Shown: positions 12,200-24,580 of the stretch, one piece after another
Numbering within the stretch: position 1 is the stretch's first letter
Layout: each line of letters begins with the position of its first letter
Origin: Octopus sinensis
Taxonomy: Eukaryota
Length of the DNA stretch: 64,000 bases
Direction of reading: 5' to 3'
Assembly: GCF_006345805.1 (NCBI RefSeq)
Contig: NC_042998.1
Coordinates: 152,892,001-152,956,000 of the forward strand
Made by a program: the position numbers and the translations under genes
The notes under the pieces: model-generated
Databases searched by the model: none
What the model was told of the DNA's origin: nothing
What the model saw: only the letters and a program-made list of their open reading frames with translations

Positions 12200-15100
12200 A
12201 CATCATCATCATCATTATTTAGCGACCGCTTTCCATGCTAGCATGGGTTGGACGGTTCAACTGGGGTCTGTGAAGCCAGAAGGCTGCATCAGGCCCAGTC
12301 TGATCTGGCAGTGTTTCTACGGCTGGATGCCCTTCCTAACGCCAACCACTCCGTGAGTGTAGTGGGTGCTTTTTACGCGCCACACGCACAGGTGCCAGAC
12401 GGAGCTGGCAAACGGCCACAGATGGATGGTGCTTTTTACGTGCCACCGGCACAGGGGCCAGGCAAGGCTGGCAACAGCCACGAATGGATGGAGCTTTTTA
12501 CGTGCCACCGGCACGAGGCCAGTCGGGGCGGCGCTGGCAACGACCACGAACGGATGGTGGTGCAGACGAGTCTGGCAGACGGCCACGAACTGATGGTGCA
12601 TTTTACGTGCCACCGGCACAGGGGCAAGGCCAGTCTGGCAACGGCCACGAACAGATGGTGCTTTTTATGTGCCACCGGCCCGAGGCCATTCGGGGCGGAA
12701 CTGGCAACAGCCACATTCGGATGGTTCTCTTACGTGCAACCGGCACTGGTAACTCAGCTGCAATTTCCATTGATCAATTTCAATTCTGATTCTCACTTGC
12801 CTCAACAGGTCTTCACAAGTAGAGTTTTGTGTCCCAAGAAGTGGGCTGGCTACATCCTATGTAGAAGGCCACGGGTTATGGTCTCACTTGTCCTGCTGGG
12901 TCTTCTCGCGCACAGCATACTTCCAGAGGTCTCGGTCTCTAGCCGTTTCCTCAGTGAGACCTAAAGTTCGAAGGTTGTGCTTCACCACCTCGTCCCAGGT
13001 TTTCCTGGGTCTGCCTCTTCCACAGGTTCCCTCAACCGCTAGGGTGTGGCACTTTTCCACACAACTGTCTTCATCCATTCTCGCCACATGCCCATACCAG
13101 CGCAAACGTCTCTCTTGCACACCACATCTGATGCTTCTTAGGTCCAGCTTTTCTCTCATGGTACTTACACTCTGTCGAGTATGAGCACTGACATTACACA
13201 TCTATCGGAGCATACTGGCTTCATTTCTTGTGAGCTTACGCATATCCTCAGCAGTCAAGGCTCATGTTTCACTGCCATGTAGCATGGCTGTTCGTACACA
13301 CGCATCATACAGTCTGCCTTTTACTCTGAGCGAGAGGCCTTTTGTCACCAGAAGAGGTAAGAGCTCTCTGAATTTTGCCCAAGCTATTCTTACTCTAGCA
13401 GTTACACTTTCAGCACACCCGCCCCCGCTGTTGACTTGGTCACCTAGGTAACGGAAGCTATCAACTGTTTCTAGTTTTTCTCCCTGGAAAGTGACAGAAG
13501 TTGGTCTCAGAGCATTTTCAGTGTTTATTGTTCCTGAGCATCTGGCACATACAAAAACCATCTTCCTAGTTAGCCTTCCTTTGACATTGCTGCACCTCTT
13601 ATGTGTTCATAGCTTACACTTGGTGCATCTTATAGAGTTTCTACCTACACATTTTCTACAGATCAAGCAGGGCCATCTACCTGAAGGCGTTTGTGATTTG
13701 TCTACCTTCCTACTTATTACAACTTTGGTTTTAGCTAGATTGACTCTAAGGCCCTTCGATTCTAAACCTTGCTTCCACACCTGAAACTTCTCCTCCAGTT
13801 CTGATAGTGACTCAGCAATTAGAGCAAGGTCATCAGCATAGAGGAGCTCCCAAGGGCATCCTGTCTTGAATTCCTCCGTTATTGCCTGGAGGACTATGAT
13901 AAATAGGAAGGGGCTGAGGATTGAGCCTTGGTGGACCCCTACCTCTACCCGGAATTCTTCACTGTACTCATTTCCAACCCTCACCTTACTAGCAGCGTCC
14001 CTGTACATGGCTTGCACAGCTCTCACTAACCATTCTTCTATTCCTAGTTTCCTCATTGACCACCATATGAGGGATCGGGGGACCCTGTCGAAGGCTTTCT
14101 CCATGTCAACAAAAGCCAGGTACAGGGGCTTATCTTTGGCTAGGTATTTCTCCTGCAGCTGCCTTACCAGGAATATAGCATCAGTGGTACTTTTCCCTGG
14201 CACGAACCCAAACTGCATCTCATCTAAACTAACTCTCTCTCTAATTAGTTGGGCTATGACCCTCTCCGTAACCTTCATCACCTGATCCAACAGCTTGATA
14301 CCTCTGTAATTATTTGTATCTAGGGCATCACCTTTACCTTTGTAGCAGTTGACTATTATGCTGCTACACCAGTCATTGGGTATGACTCCTTCGTGTATCA
14401 CCTGATTAACTATACAGGTGACTAGGCTATAGCCGACACTACCAGATATTTTGAGCATCTCTGCAGTGATACCTGATGGGCCAGGGGCTTTCCCTGTCTT
14501 CATCCTTCTAATTGCCTTAACTACCAAGGAACTATCAACTCTGATAGCTGGTCCCTCTGTTGGGTCAACATTCGGCAGACTCTCTTTATCCCATTCATTT
14601 TCTTTATTCAGCAACCTTTCATAGTGGCGTCTCCAAACCTCTCTCTTTGCATCCTCATTTAGCGCAAGTGAACCATCTTCCATGCGAACACCCTTCTCTC
14701 CTACCACATCACAATTCTCTCTCACACACTGTCTTGCAACGCGAAACACCTCCAGTCTTTGGTCCTCACGGCGCAGAACATTGGCAAATTTTTTCTTATC
14801 TGCTTCCCCTCTGGCTAGATAGACCTGTCTCCTAGCTTCCTTTTTAGCAGTCTGATACAATTCCCTGCTACCACCATTCTTCCAGTGCTTCGAAGTCTGT
14901 CTCTTTTCTCTAATAGCCCTGTCTACAACACTGTTCCACCACTACGTGGGACGAGAGGGGACTTTGCACCAACCACAGATCTGGTCAGTGGCTCTCAGCA
15001 GGTTGTCCCTTAGAAACGTCCAGTTGCCCTCTACCCCATGTGATACTCTATCCCCTTCTACTTCGTCAAAGGTATCAAGTAGCATGTCTCTAAATCTCTG

Positions 15101-15350
15101 TCCATTCGCAGGATCTTTAAGTTTCCAGACCCTTCTTCTCCATGTTGGTCGTCTTCTGGTTGTCCTCCTAGTCCTGATCCTAAAGTCACTAATTACCAGT
15201 CTATGTTGTGGGGTACATTCTTCGCCTGGGAAGGTTTTGGCATTTATAAGCAGCCATCTCTCCCTTTCCCTGGCAAGGATGTAGTCAATTTGGCTGGTAT
15301 GTTGGCCCGATCGGTAGGTGACTAGGTGGCTGGTAGGTTTCCTGAAGTTA
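12200..15350 (-). mobile_element. RTE LINE with PHD-finger insertion, 5'-truncated
   Basis: QIDYIL (EN end), NYRGIKLL, QFGFVPG, VDMEKAFD, LLYADD, a C4HC3 finger, LHGSETW, and a 3' UTR with VNTR and (GAT)n. Confidence 0.93.
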
Positions 15351-15399
15351 CATATATATATATATACATATATATATACATATATACATATATATATAT

Positions 15400-15740
15400 A
15401 TATAGGTAAACAGTAAAAATAATTACAGACATGGACAAGAACATGAAACACCACAGAGACGACACAAGAACCACAGGACGGGACATTCGAAGCCCTCAGT
15501 CATCAGTCAAGAACCAGATCATCTTAGCAATTTCGGCTGATTAATCTTGAGATTGCTCCGATATGGCCAGCCCGCCAAGGGAAATCTAAGCCAAGCGCAT
15601 TAGATCCCCTGGAAGAAAGCTTCGAATGTATACAACACGAGGACGGAAAACGAACGAAGTACACGAACAAAAATACAGAATACGTGACACCAATAAGAAT
15701 ACAAAAACGGTAAAAATAAAAAATAAACAACAAAACAAAA

Positions 15741-15742
<2 letters not shown>
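15400..15742. repeat. Unclassified interspersed repeat, possibly a PLE terminal fragment
   Basis: Bounded by (TA)n. Inverted repeat acattcgaagc/gcttcgaatgt, and a CTGATGA on the minus strand. Confidence 0.35.
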
Positions 15743-15784
<42 letters not shown>

Positions 15785-15873
15785 TATATATACATATACA
15801 TATACATACATACACATATATATATACACATATATACATATACACATATATATACACATATATACATATACAC

Positions 15874-15911
<38 letters not shown>

Positions 15912-16030
15912 AATATATATATACATGTATATATACATATATATATATATAAATATACATATATATATATACATATATATATACATATACATATATATAT
16001 ACATATATATATAATATATACATATATATA

Positions 16031-16424
16031 GGCGCAGGAGTGGTTGTGTGGTAAGTAGCTTGCTAACCAACCACATGGTTCTGGGTTCAGTCCCACTGTG
16101 TGGCATCTTGGGCAGGTGTCTTCTGCTATAGCCCCGGGCCGACCAATGCCTTGTGAGTGGATTTGGTAGACGGAAACTGAAAGAAGCTTGTCGTATATAT
16201 GTATATATATATATATGTGTGTGTGTGTTTGTCCCCCTAGCATTGCTTGACAACCGATGCTGGTGTGTTTACGTCCCCGTCTCTTAGCGGTTCGGCAAAA
16301 GAGACCGATAGAATAAGTACTGGGCTTACAAACAATAAGTCCCGGGGTCGATTTGTTCGACTAAAGGCGGTGCTCCAGCTTGGCCACAGTCAAAATGACT
16401 GAAACAAGTAAAAGAGTAAAAGAG
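16031..16424 (+). mobile_element. tRNA-derived SINE, full length
   Basis: A-box-like gtggttgtgtgg, B-box-like gggttcagtccc, central microsatellite, 3' ggcggtgctccagc-tggccacag..ctgaaac and (gtaaaaga)n tail. Confidence 0.88.
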
Positions 16425-16434
16425 TATATGTACA

Positions 16435-16600
16435 TCAACATTCAGCGTCTGTTTTCCATGCTAGCATGGGTTGGACAGTTTAACTGGGGTCTGTGAAGCT
16501 GGGAGGCTTCATCAGGCCCAGTCAGATTTGGCAGTGTTTCTACGGCTGGATGCCCTTCCTAACGCCAACCACTCCGTGAGTGTAGTGGGTGCTTTTTACA
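16435..16600 (-). mobile_element. RTE 3'-UTR fragment
   Basis: Same block as 4138 and 6160. Confidence 0.85.
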
Positions 16601-16617
16601 TATATATATACATATAT

Positions 16618-18235
16618 GGATTCCCGGCAATCCTCCTAAAAGCATGTAAGAGAGTCCTAGCAAGACCACTGCAGTTCCTCTTTCAGAGCTTCCTTGCAGC
16701 TGGCAAACCTCCAAAAAAATTGAAGGAAGGTAAAATATGCCCCATTCATAAAGGAGGTAGCAGAGCGGAGGCCAAGAACTACAGACCTATCTCTCTGACC
16801 TCACACATCAGCAAGGTCATGGAACTAATAGTCAGAAGGAAACTGATCACCTTCCTTGAAGAAAATGACTTGCTGCCCGACACCCAACATGGTTTCCGAC
16901 CAGGGAGAAGCTGTTTAACTCAGCTCCTACAACACTATGACTGGGTGCTGAAACGGCTGCTCAACCACTCAAATGTGGAAGTCATATATCTCGACTTTGC
17001 AAAGGCCTTTGATAAAGTCGATCATGGAATGATATGTCACAAACTGCGTGATCTCAACATAGTTGGAAAACTGGGAGAATGGCTTCATGACTTTCTGAAA
17101 GATAGAAGTCAGGTGGTAGTAGCCAATGGGGCCACTTCCATTAACACACAAATAGTGAGCGGTGTTCTGCAGGGCACTGTTCTGGGACCACTACTGTTCA
17201 TAATGGCCCTCTCAGACATGCCCTCAGCCACGCAGAGAGCCACGATCACAAGTTATGCAGATGATACAAAAGTTTCACAGGCAATACAGAACCCTGAGGA
17301 CACTAAACGCCTGCAATGTGAGCTGGACAAAATATACAAGTGGGCTGAAAAGAATAGCATGCAGTTCAATGCTGAAAAGTTTCAAGCTTTATACTATCAG
17401 CATGCAAAACTGAATGCAATACCCAATGAATACACTGGACCCGGAGGAATAGCAATCCCAGAGGCACAATCAGTGCGTGACCTGGGTATTTACATGAGTG
17501 ATGACGCAACCTTTCGTGTACATGTTGCTAAATTGGCAATGAAATGTAGACGACTGGCCGGATGGATTCTCAGAACCTTTAGAACAAGAGAACAAGAAAC
17601 CATGATGGTCCTCTGGAGGACACTTGTCCTAAGCCACTTTGACTACTGCTCTCAGTTATGGTCACCATCCAGTGTCAAGTTGATCACAGAGCTCGAGGCG
17701 ATCCAGCGTAGCTACACAAAGAAGATAGCCTCTATGCAGAATGTAAGCTACTGGGAAAGACTCAAGAGATTAAAACTATATTCCTTGGAGCGTAGGCGGG
17801 AAAGATATGCCATAATATACATCTGGAAGATCCTGGAGGGACATGTCCCAAACTTTGGCATCGAGAGTTACACAAATGCCAGAACTGGGCGCCACTGCGT
17901 GGTGCCTAGGACTCCAAATTTGCCATCAAGATGTAGGACAAGATACTGTGATAGCCTGGGCTTCCGAGGCCCACAGCTCTTCAATATCTTCCCGAAGAAC
18001 CTGAGAGACCTTCATGGGGTGGATGCAGATGTCTTTAAAATGGAACTGGATCTCTTCCTGTCAGGTGTCCCAGATGAACCAACTTCACGGCAGGAGGTGC
18101 AGATGAGGGCAGCTGCATCGAACTCTCCCATGCACCAAATGGCAGTTGCTAAAAAGCTTTCGTGAAGTAAAACCAAGTAGCAACACCAAATGGCGGTGCC
18201 CCAGCATGGCCACAGCTCATGAGCTGAAACTAGAA
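16618..18235 (+). mobile_element. CR1-group LINE, 5'-truncated, RT ORF open to 18165
   Basis: NYRPISLTS, QHGFRPGRSC, YLDFAKAFD, YADD, and the ggcggtgccccagcatggccacag tail. Confidence 0.93.
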
Positions 18236-18273
18236 TCAATCAATCAATCAATCAATCATATACATATATACAC

Positions 18274-18324
<51 letters not shown>

Positions 18325-18342
18325 TATTTACATATATACATA

Positions 18343-18922
18343 TACTGCTCTCAGCTATGGTCACCATCCAGTGTCAAATTAATCACAGAACCTGAGGCGA
18401 TCCAACGAAGCTACACGAAGAAGATAGCCTCTGTGCAGCATATAAGATATTGGGAAAGACTCAAGAGATTAAGACTCTATTCCTTGGAGTGTAGGCGAGA
18501 AAGATATGCCATAATATACATCTGGAAGATCCTAGAAGGACTTGTCCCAAACTTTGGCATCGAGAGTTACACAAATGCCAGAACTGGGCACCACTGCACA
18601 GTGCGAAGGACTCCAAATTTGCTATCAAGATGTAGGACAAGATACTGTGATAGCCTGGGCTTCTGAGGCCCACAGCTCTTCAATATCCTCCCAAAGAACC
18701 TAAGAGACCTGCATGGGGTGGATGCAGATGTCTTTAAAATGTCTTCTTGTTGGGTGTCCCAGATGAACCAACTTCACGGCAGGAGGTTCAGATGAGGGCA
18801 GCTGCATCGAACTCTCTCATACACCAATTGGTAATTGCTAAAAAGCATTCGTGAAGTAAAATCATATAGCAACACCAAATGGCGGTGCCCCAGCACGGCC
18901 ACAGCTTGTGAGCTGAAACTAA
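18343..18922 (+). mobile_element. CR1-group LINE 3' fragment
   Basis: Homologous to 17640-18235. Confidence 0.9.
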
Positions 18923-18950
18923 ATAAAAATAAAAATTTAAAAAATAAAAT

Positions 18951-18989
<39 letters not shown>

Positions 18990-18990
<1 letters not shown>

Positions 18991-20030
18991 CATCATCATC
19001 ATCATCATCGTTTAGCGTCCGCTTTCCATGCTAGCATGGGTTGGACGGGTCAACTGGGGTCTGTGAAGCTGGAAGGCTTCGTCAGGCCCAGTCAGATCTG
19101 GCAGTGTTTCTACGGCTGGATGCCCTTCCTAACGCCAACCACTCCGCGAGTGTAGTGGGTATTTTTTACGTGCCACCTGCACAGGTGCCAGACAGAGCTG
19201 GCGAACGGCCACGAACGGATGGTGCTTTAACGTGTCACCGACACGGGGCCAGACTGAGCTGGCAACCGGCCACGAACGGACGGTACTTTTATGTGTCACC
19301 GGCACGGGGGCCAGCCGAGGCTGGCAACGGACGCGAACGGATGGTGCTTTTACGTGCCACCGACACGGTTGCCAGACAGAGCTGGCAAACGGCCACGAGC
19401 GGACGGTGCTTTTACGTGTCACCGGCACGGGGGCCAGCCGGGGCTGGCAACGGACACGGACGGATGGTGCTTTTACGTGCCACCGACACGGGGCCAGACA
19501 GAGCTGGCAAACGGCCACGAACGGATGGTGCTTTTACGTGCCACCGACACGGGGCCAGACAGAGCTGGCAAACGGCCACGAACGGACGGTGCTTTTACGT
19601 GTCACCAGCACAGGGCCAGGCCAGGCTGGCAACGAACACGAACGGATGGTGCTTTTACGTGCCACCGACACGGGGCCAGGCAGAGCTGGCAAACGGCCAT
19701 GAGCGAATGGTGCTTTTACGTATCACTGGCACGGATGCCAGACGAGGCTGACAGCGGACACGAACGGATGGGTCACTTAACCCCTGCTTTCTGATATATG
19801 ATTTGATTTTGATTGTTCTCACTGGTCTTGCCGGGTCTTCTCACGCACAGCATACTTCCATAGGTCTCAGTCTCTGGTCATTTCCTTGGTGAGACCTAGA
19901 GTTCGAAGGTCGTGCTTCACCACCTCGACCCAGGTTTTCCTGGGTCTACCTCTTCCACAGGTCCCCTCAACTGCCAGGGTGTGGCACTTTTTCACACACC
20001 TATCTTCATCCATTCTCACCACATGACCAT
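18990..20030 (-). mobile_element. 5'-truncated RTE with ~10-unit VNTR in 3' UTR
   Basis: ORF end (GRPRKTW..) at 19820-20028, ~57-59 bp tandem units at 19160-19770, (GAT)n tail. Confidence 0.88.
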
Positions 20031-20145
20031 GTATATATATACATATATATACATGTATATATTATACATATATATATATACATATATATATACCTCGCTT
20101 AGAGATTTATTATTGTTATATATATATATACATATATATATATAC

Positions 20146-20195
<50 letters not shown>

Positions 20196-20215
20196 ATGCA
20201 TATATATACATATAT

Positions 20216-20248
<33 letters not shown>

Positions 20249-20342
20249 CATATATACATCTTTATATATACACATATATATATATACACACACACACATA
20301 TATATATATATATTTATATATATATATATTTATATATATATA

Positions 20343-23300
20343 TAATCAAAATAAGCAACAAGGCTATCCAAGGTAGTGTAGTACAATCGTTTCATGCTAC
20401 TTCATTTTATTAAACAATGTAAGTATTACATCAGTTTTAAAATGTAAAGCAATCTTCAGCCACATATAGAATTATTTTAATTAAATGGACAATGTACATT
20501 TTTATACTTATTTCATTTGCAAACATTACAAAGAGGGTAGATATATAGACAGAGAGATTAATTTTATCATTAAGAACATGGTAGTAGAAGGTCCTTCTCC
20601 ACCTGTAGATTTTTTATCACTGAGTTCACTTTGTTATTTAGATTTATCAATGGTGGGGGGGTTTCTTTATTTGGTTCAAAGGAGACAAAGAAGAATTTTT
20701 TCTATTTTTAGATAGAGGAAGGGATAGTACAAATGTCAAAGTCATAAATCCTTCCTCATTACGAGGAATTTAACTTAGGCATATTTGAATGTATCTTAGC
20801 TAAAGTTAGTAGCTGAAGCTAGTGGAATAGGGGGAATAGAGACTACTAATGCTCTAGAGATTTCTAATGCCCTTTACCATTTAACAGCCATAATTCTGTT
20901 TGCGAATTTTAAATAAATATCCTTCGGATAGTTTTTTTCAAAAGGATTCTAATAAATTTTAATATCTTATACAGGGATAGAAAATATAGAAATCATGTTA
21001 TATTTCTAAAATATATATATATCAATTTCTATTAATATAGATTCATTTTATTAATGAGTTAAATTAAAAGGATATGCTAGACATAATATTTATTAACAGT
21101 AAAAAAAAACCTTGTAATGGAAGGGAGGTAATCAAGATGAACTAAATAATTTCACTAGATATAGGAAAGTATCAAACGATTCTAATTTCACTTTATTCAA
21201 ATTTATTTATATTATAAAATTTCTTAATAATCTATGCAGGTTAAATAAAAGCTAGTATGGTATATTAAATCCTTATTTGGTTACAAAATATTAAGATTTG
21301 AAAATTTAGGAATGGTCAGAATGCTATTATTTAAAATACTTAAAAGTATGGGTGGCACAATGTATGCAGGATTATCCTAGTTCAGAACGGTTATTCAATA
21401 AGTTTATATTATTCCTATGTTTCAAAATTTCATGTCTCCATAGAAGAAGGTTCACATCCATCCCTACTATTTTTATAAGGCTGTGCCTTTCTTATTATAT
21501 TTCATTTTAGGTTAAATTCGATAATTTTTTCTTTCAATTCCCAAATTTTACTGGACAGCGTTGTGCAGCCCACCTTATGTTTAAGCCTAAAACTATAAAA
21601 ATGATTGTTCAGATGTTTCTTCAGGTCCATCGAACATCCAAAATAAAGATAGCTATTGTACATTTATAAATTACGTTCTGAACCAGACACCAACCAGATA
21701 CCGGACATCTTGATCTAATTCTACAATTACAACTGGGGGGATGATTTCTGATATTAGTATTATTTAGGAACAAGCTATTTTCATTTTCATTATTAGAGCT
21801 ATTATTAGCATTAGTGTTATTTCCCTTATCTATAATTATATTGTTATGTAAGTTAGGGTTGTTTGTTATTCATCTTTTCTTTATTTCCTCACTTTTCACA
21901 TTTTTATTATTATCATTTATATTATTGATATTATTATTATTATTGCTTATATTAATGTTATTATTATCATTATTATTATTATTGTTGTTGTTGTTATTTA
22001 TAACATTTCTGGCTAACTTAATATTTTTTTCTATTTAGTCTAGCTATTATGGTACCTATATTTGGAAGAATGGAATATGACATTCTCACTGATTTACTAG
22101 AAATTACTTTATAATATTTATGGGAAGCAAGGAAGTTTGTTTCTAATATGGACATAAATTTACTGTATATGTTCGTAGAAATTGCCCAGTTGAAGGGAAT
22201 ATTTAGCCATACATTTTTTTTCTATTGAATTTTTTTTATTTGAGTAAGGGTGGGAAAGATTAATGTTATCTATATCCTTTAGAGTTTTGTTATTCTCTTT
22301 AGTCCTATATGTATATTTATTAAGGTTTTTTTTATCAGTAGGAGAGATTTTTATATTATTATTTGTATTTATTTTATCTAGCTTAACCTTTTTATACTTA
22401 TTTATGTTCTGTTTACCATTTCTATTTATTGTATCGGGTTTATTATATACTGGGTTATCTGCTTTGGTTGATTTTTAAAGTTGAACATTCTATAGTATTT
22501 GAACTATTTTCATTCAGTTTTTCATTTGAAAGATTTATATTATCAAGATCTAGGAAGGTGATTTCCTAGTCATATCCTGCTCTACATAAGGAACCATTGT
22601 AATGATGTGAGTGAGAATTAAAAATTTCATTCTTAGATGATAATTTTGAAATTCTTCTTGAAATATTTTTTTACTATCAATTTCAGTATACTAGTGGGGT
22701 GATTTGATCATTTATTTACGTATCTAGTAACTTCACCATCTTTTCTATATGGGTAATATAATTTTGAGTTTAAATCTAAAGTAACATCTAGAAAGTTAAC
22801 TATCTTAGTGTTATATTCATAAGTGATGCCTAAGTTGAAATCCTTGAAAAATCTGCTAATTTTCTTCCTTATTCTCTCAATTATCGATTTATTATTACTA
22901 GGGACGATGAATAATGCATCATCCCTATATAAACCCCCTTGTAATTCAGGGATCTCTCTAGTTATGCATTTTAATAAATAAGTTCCTACCAAATTAGTTA
23001 TCTCCACCGAATCACTAGAGCCCATGGGTATATGAAAATTATTTAGGGTATCAGCTCTAGTCCACAATTTTCCCTCAAATTCAATGATAGTTTTTCTAGC
23101 TAGTAAAATAATATCAATTTCTTCCCTAGTTATGAGAGAGGGGTTTTTTACGAAAATGAGTGATTTATTTAGGAGAATAGGGGATATACTAGAATAGGAA
23201 TTATTAATATCAAATTGGATGAAAGAATATCTGCTATTATTATTTAAAGATTAAAACCAATTGATTACCTCATCAGTGTTAATCCATAATTTCAAAGAAA

Positions 23301-23575
23301 GGTTAGGGATTATATGGGGCAGAATATTGTCCAAAATAGATTTACTAAGTCAGCCAATATCTGACTTAGATGGGCATATAAGTCTTACAGAAGGGCTCTC
23401 ACTGAAATTTTTCTTGTGGTCTTTAAGATTAATTTTAGGTTCACACGGTGTTAAAGGTCCTGTCAACTAAATCATATTTCATCATAACTTTTTCATTTCC
23501 AAATTTATATCCCTCAGGTTCTTCACGCTGACTACTAGATAAATTCTTATAAAGATTTTACCCTATTTTTAAATT
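20343..23575 (-). mobile_element. Penelope-like retroelement with C-terminal GIY-YIG (Hydra-like), degenerate
   Basis: LKDHKKNF..VRLICPSK, FIQFDI, PMGSSDS, GLYRDD, VNFLDVTL (23450-22710). Asn-rich linker, then CNCRIRSRCPVSGWCL..VIYKC, YFG, TTLSSKIWELKE, LLNNRSEL..CIH (21740-21330). 3' hammerhead. Confidence 0.88.
20377..20464 (-). ncRNA. Type I hammerhead ribozyme at the PLE 3' end
   Basis: Minus strand: UGUGG-CUGAAGA-U-helix II (ugcu..auuuua/uaaaau..agca)-U-GAAAC-GAUU-GUA-CUACA. Helix I is 5 bp with one G-U. Confidence 0.65.
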
Positions 23576-23971
23576 GTATATATATATATATACAAATATA
23601 CATACACATATACATATATACATACATATATATATATACATATATACAAACACATATACATACATATATATATATACATATATACAAACACATATATACA
23701 TATACATATATACATACATATATATACATCTACATACATACATATATACATACATACATACATATATATACATACATATATACATACATATGTATATACA
23801 TACATGAATATACATACATATATATATATATATACATACATATATATATATACATACATACATATATACATATATACAAACATATATATACATATACACA
23901 TACATATATATATATACATCTATATACATACATATATACATATATACATACATACATACATATATACATAC

Positions 23972-24018
<47 letters not shown>

Positions 24019-24543
24019 CATACATATATATATATACATACATACATATATATATACATATATATACATACATATATACATATATATATATACATACATA
24101 TATATATATATGTACATATATATATACATACATATATACATATATATATATATACATACATATATACATATACATACATACATACATATATATATACATA
24201 CATACATATATATATACATACATACATATATATATACATACATACATATATATATATACATACATACATATATATATATACATACATTTATACATACATA
24301 TATATATATATACATACATATATATATACATACATATATACATATATATATATACATACATATATATATATATATATACATACATATATACATACATACA
24401 TATATATATACATACATATATATATACATACATATATATATACATACATATATATATATACATACATACATATATACATACATACATACATATATACATA
24501 CATACATACATACATATATATATATACATACATACATACATAC

Positions 24544-24580
<37 letters not shown>
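23576..24580. repeat. ~1 kb compound (TA)/(TACA)n microsatellite
   Basis: Direct inspection. Source of several spurious long ORFs. Confidence 0.95.

Noticed and set aside
16471-16617. N-terminus of the 564-aa ORF as a genuine protein start
   Set aside because: It is a chance in-frame fusion of an antisense RTE tail and microsatellite to a truncated CR1 RT.
19160-19770. CRISPR-like array
   Set aside because: The units are wholly homologous, with no unique spacers. The array lies in an RTE 3' UTR in a eukaryote, with no cas genes.
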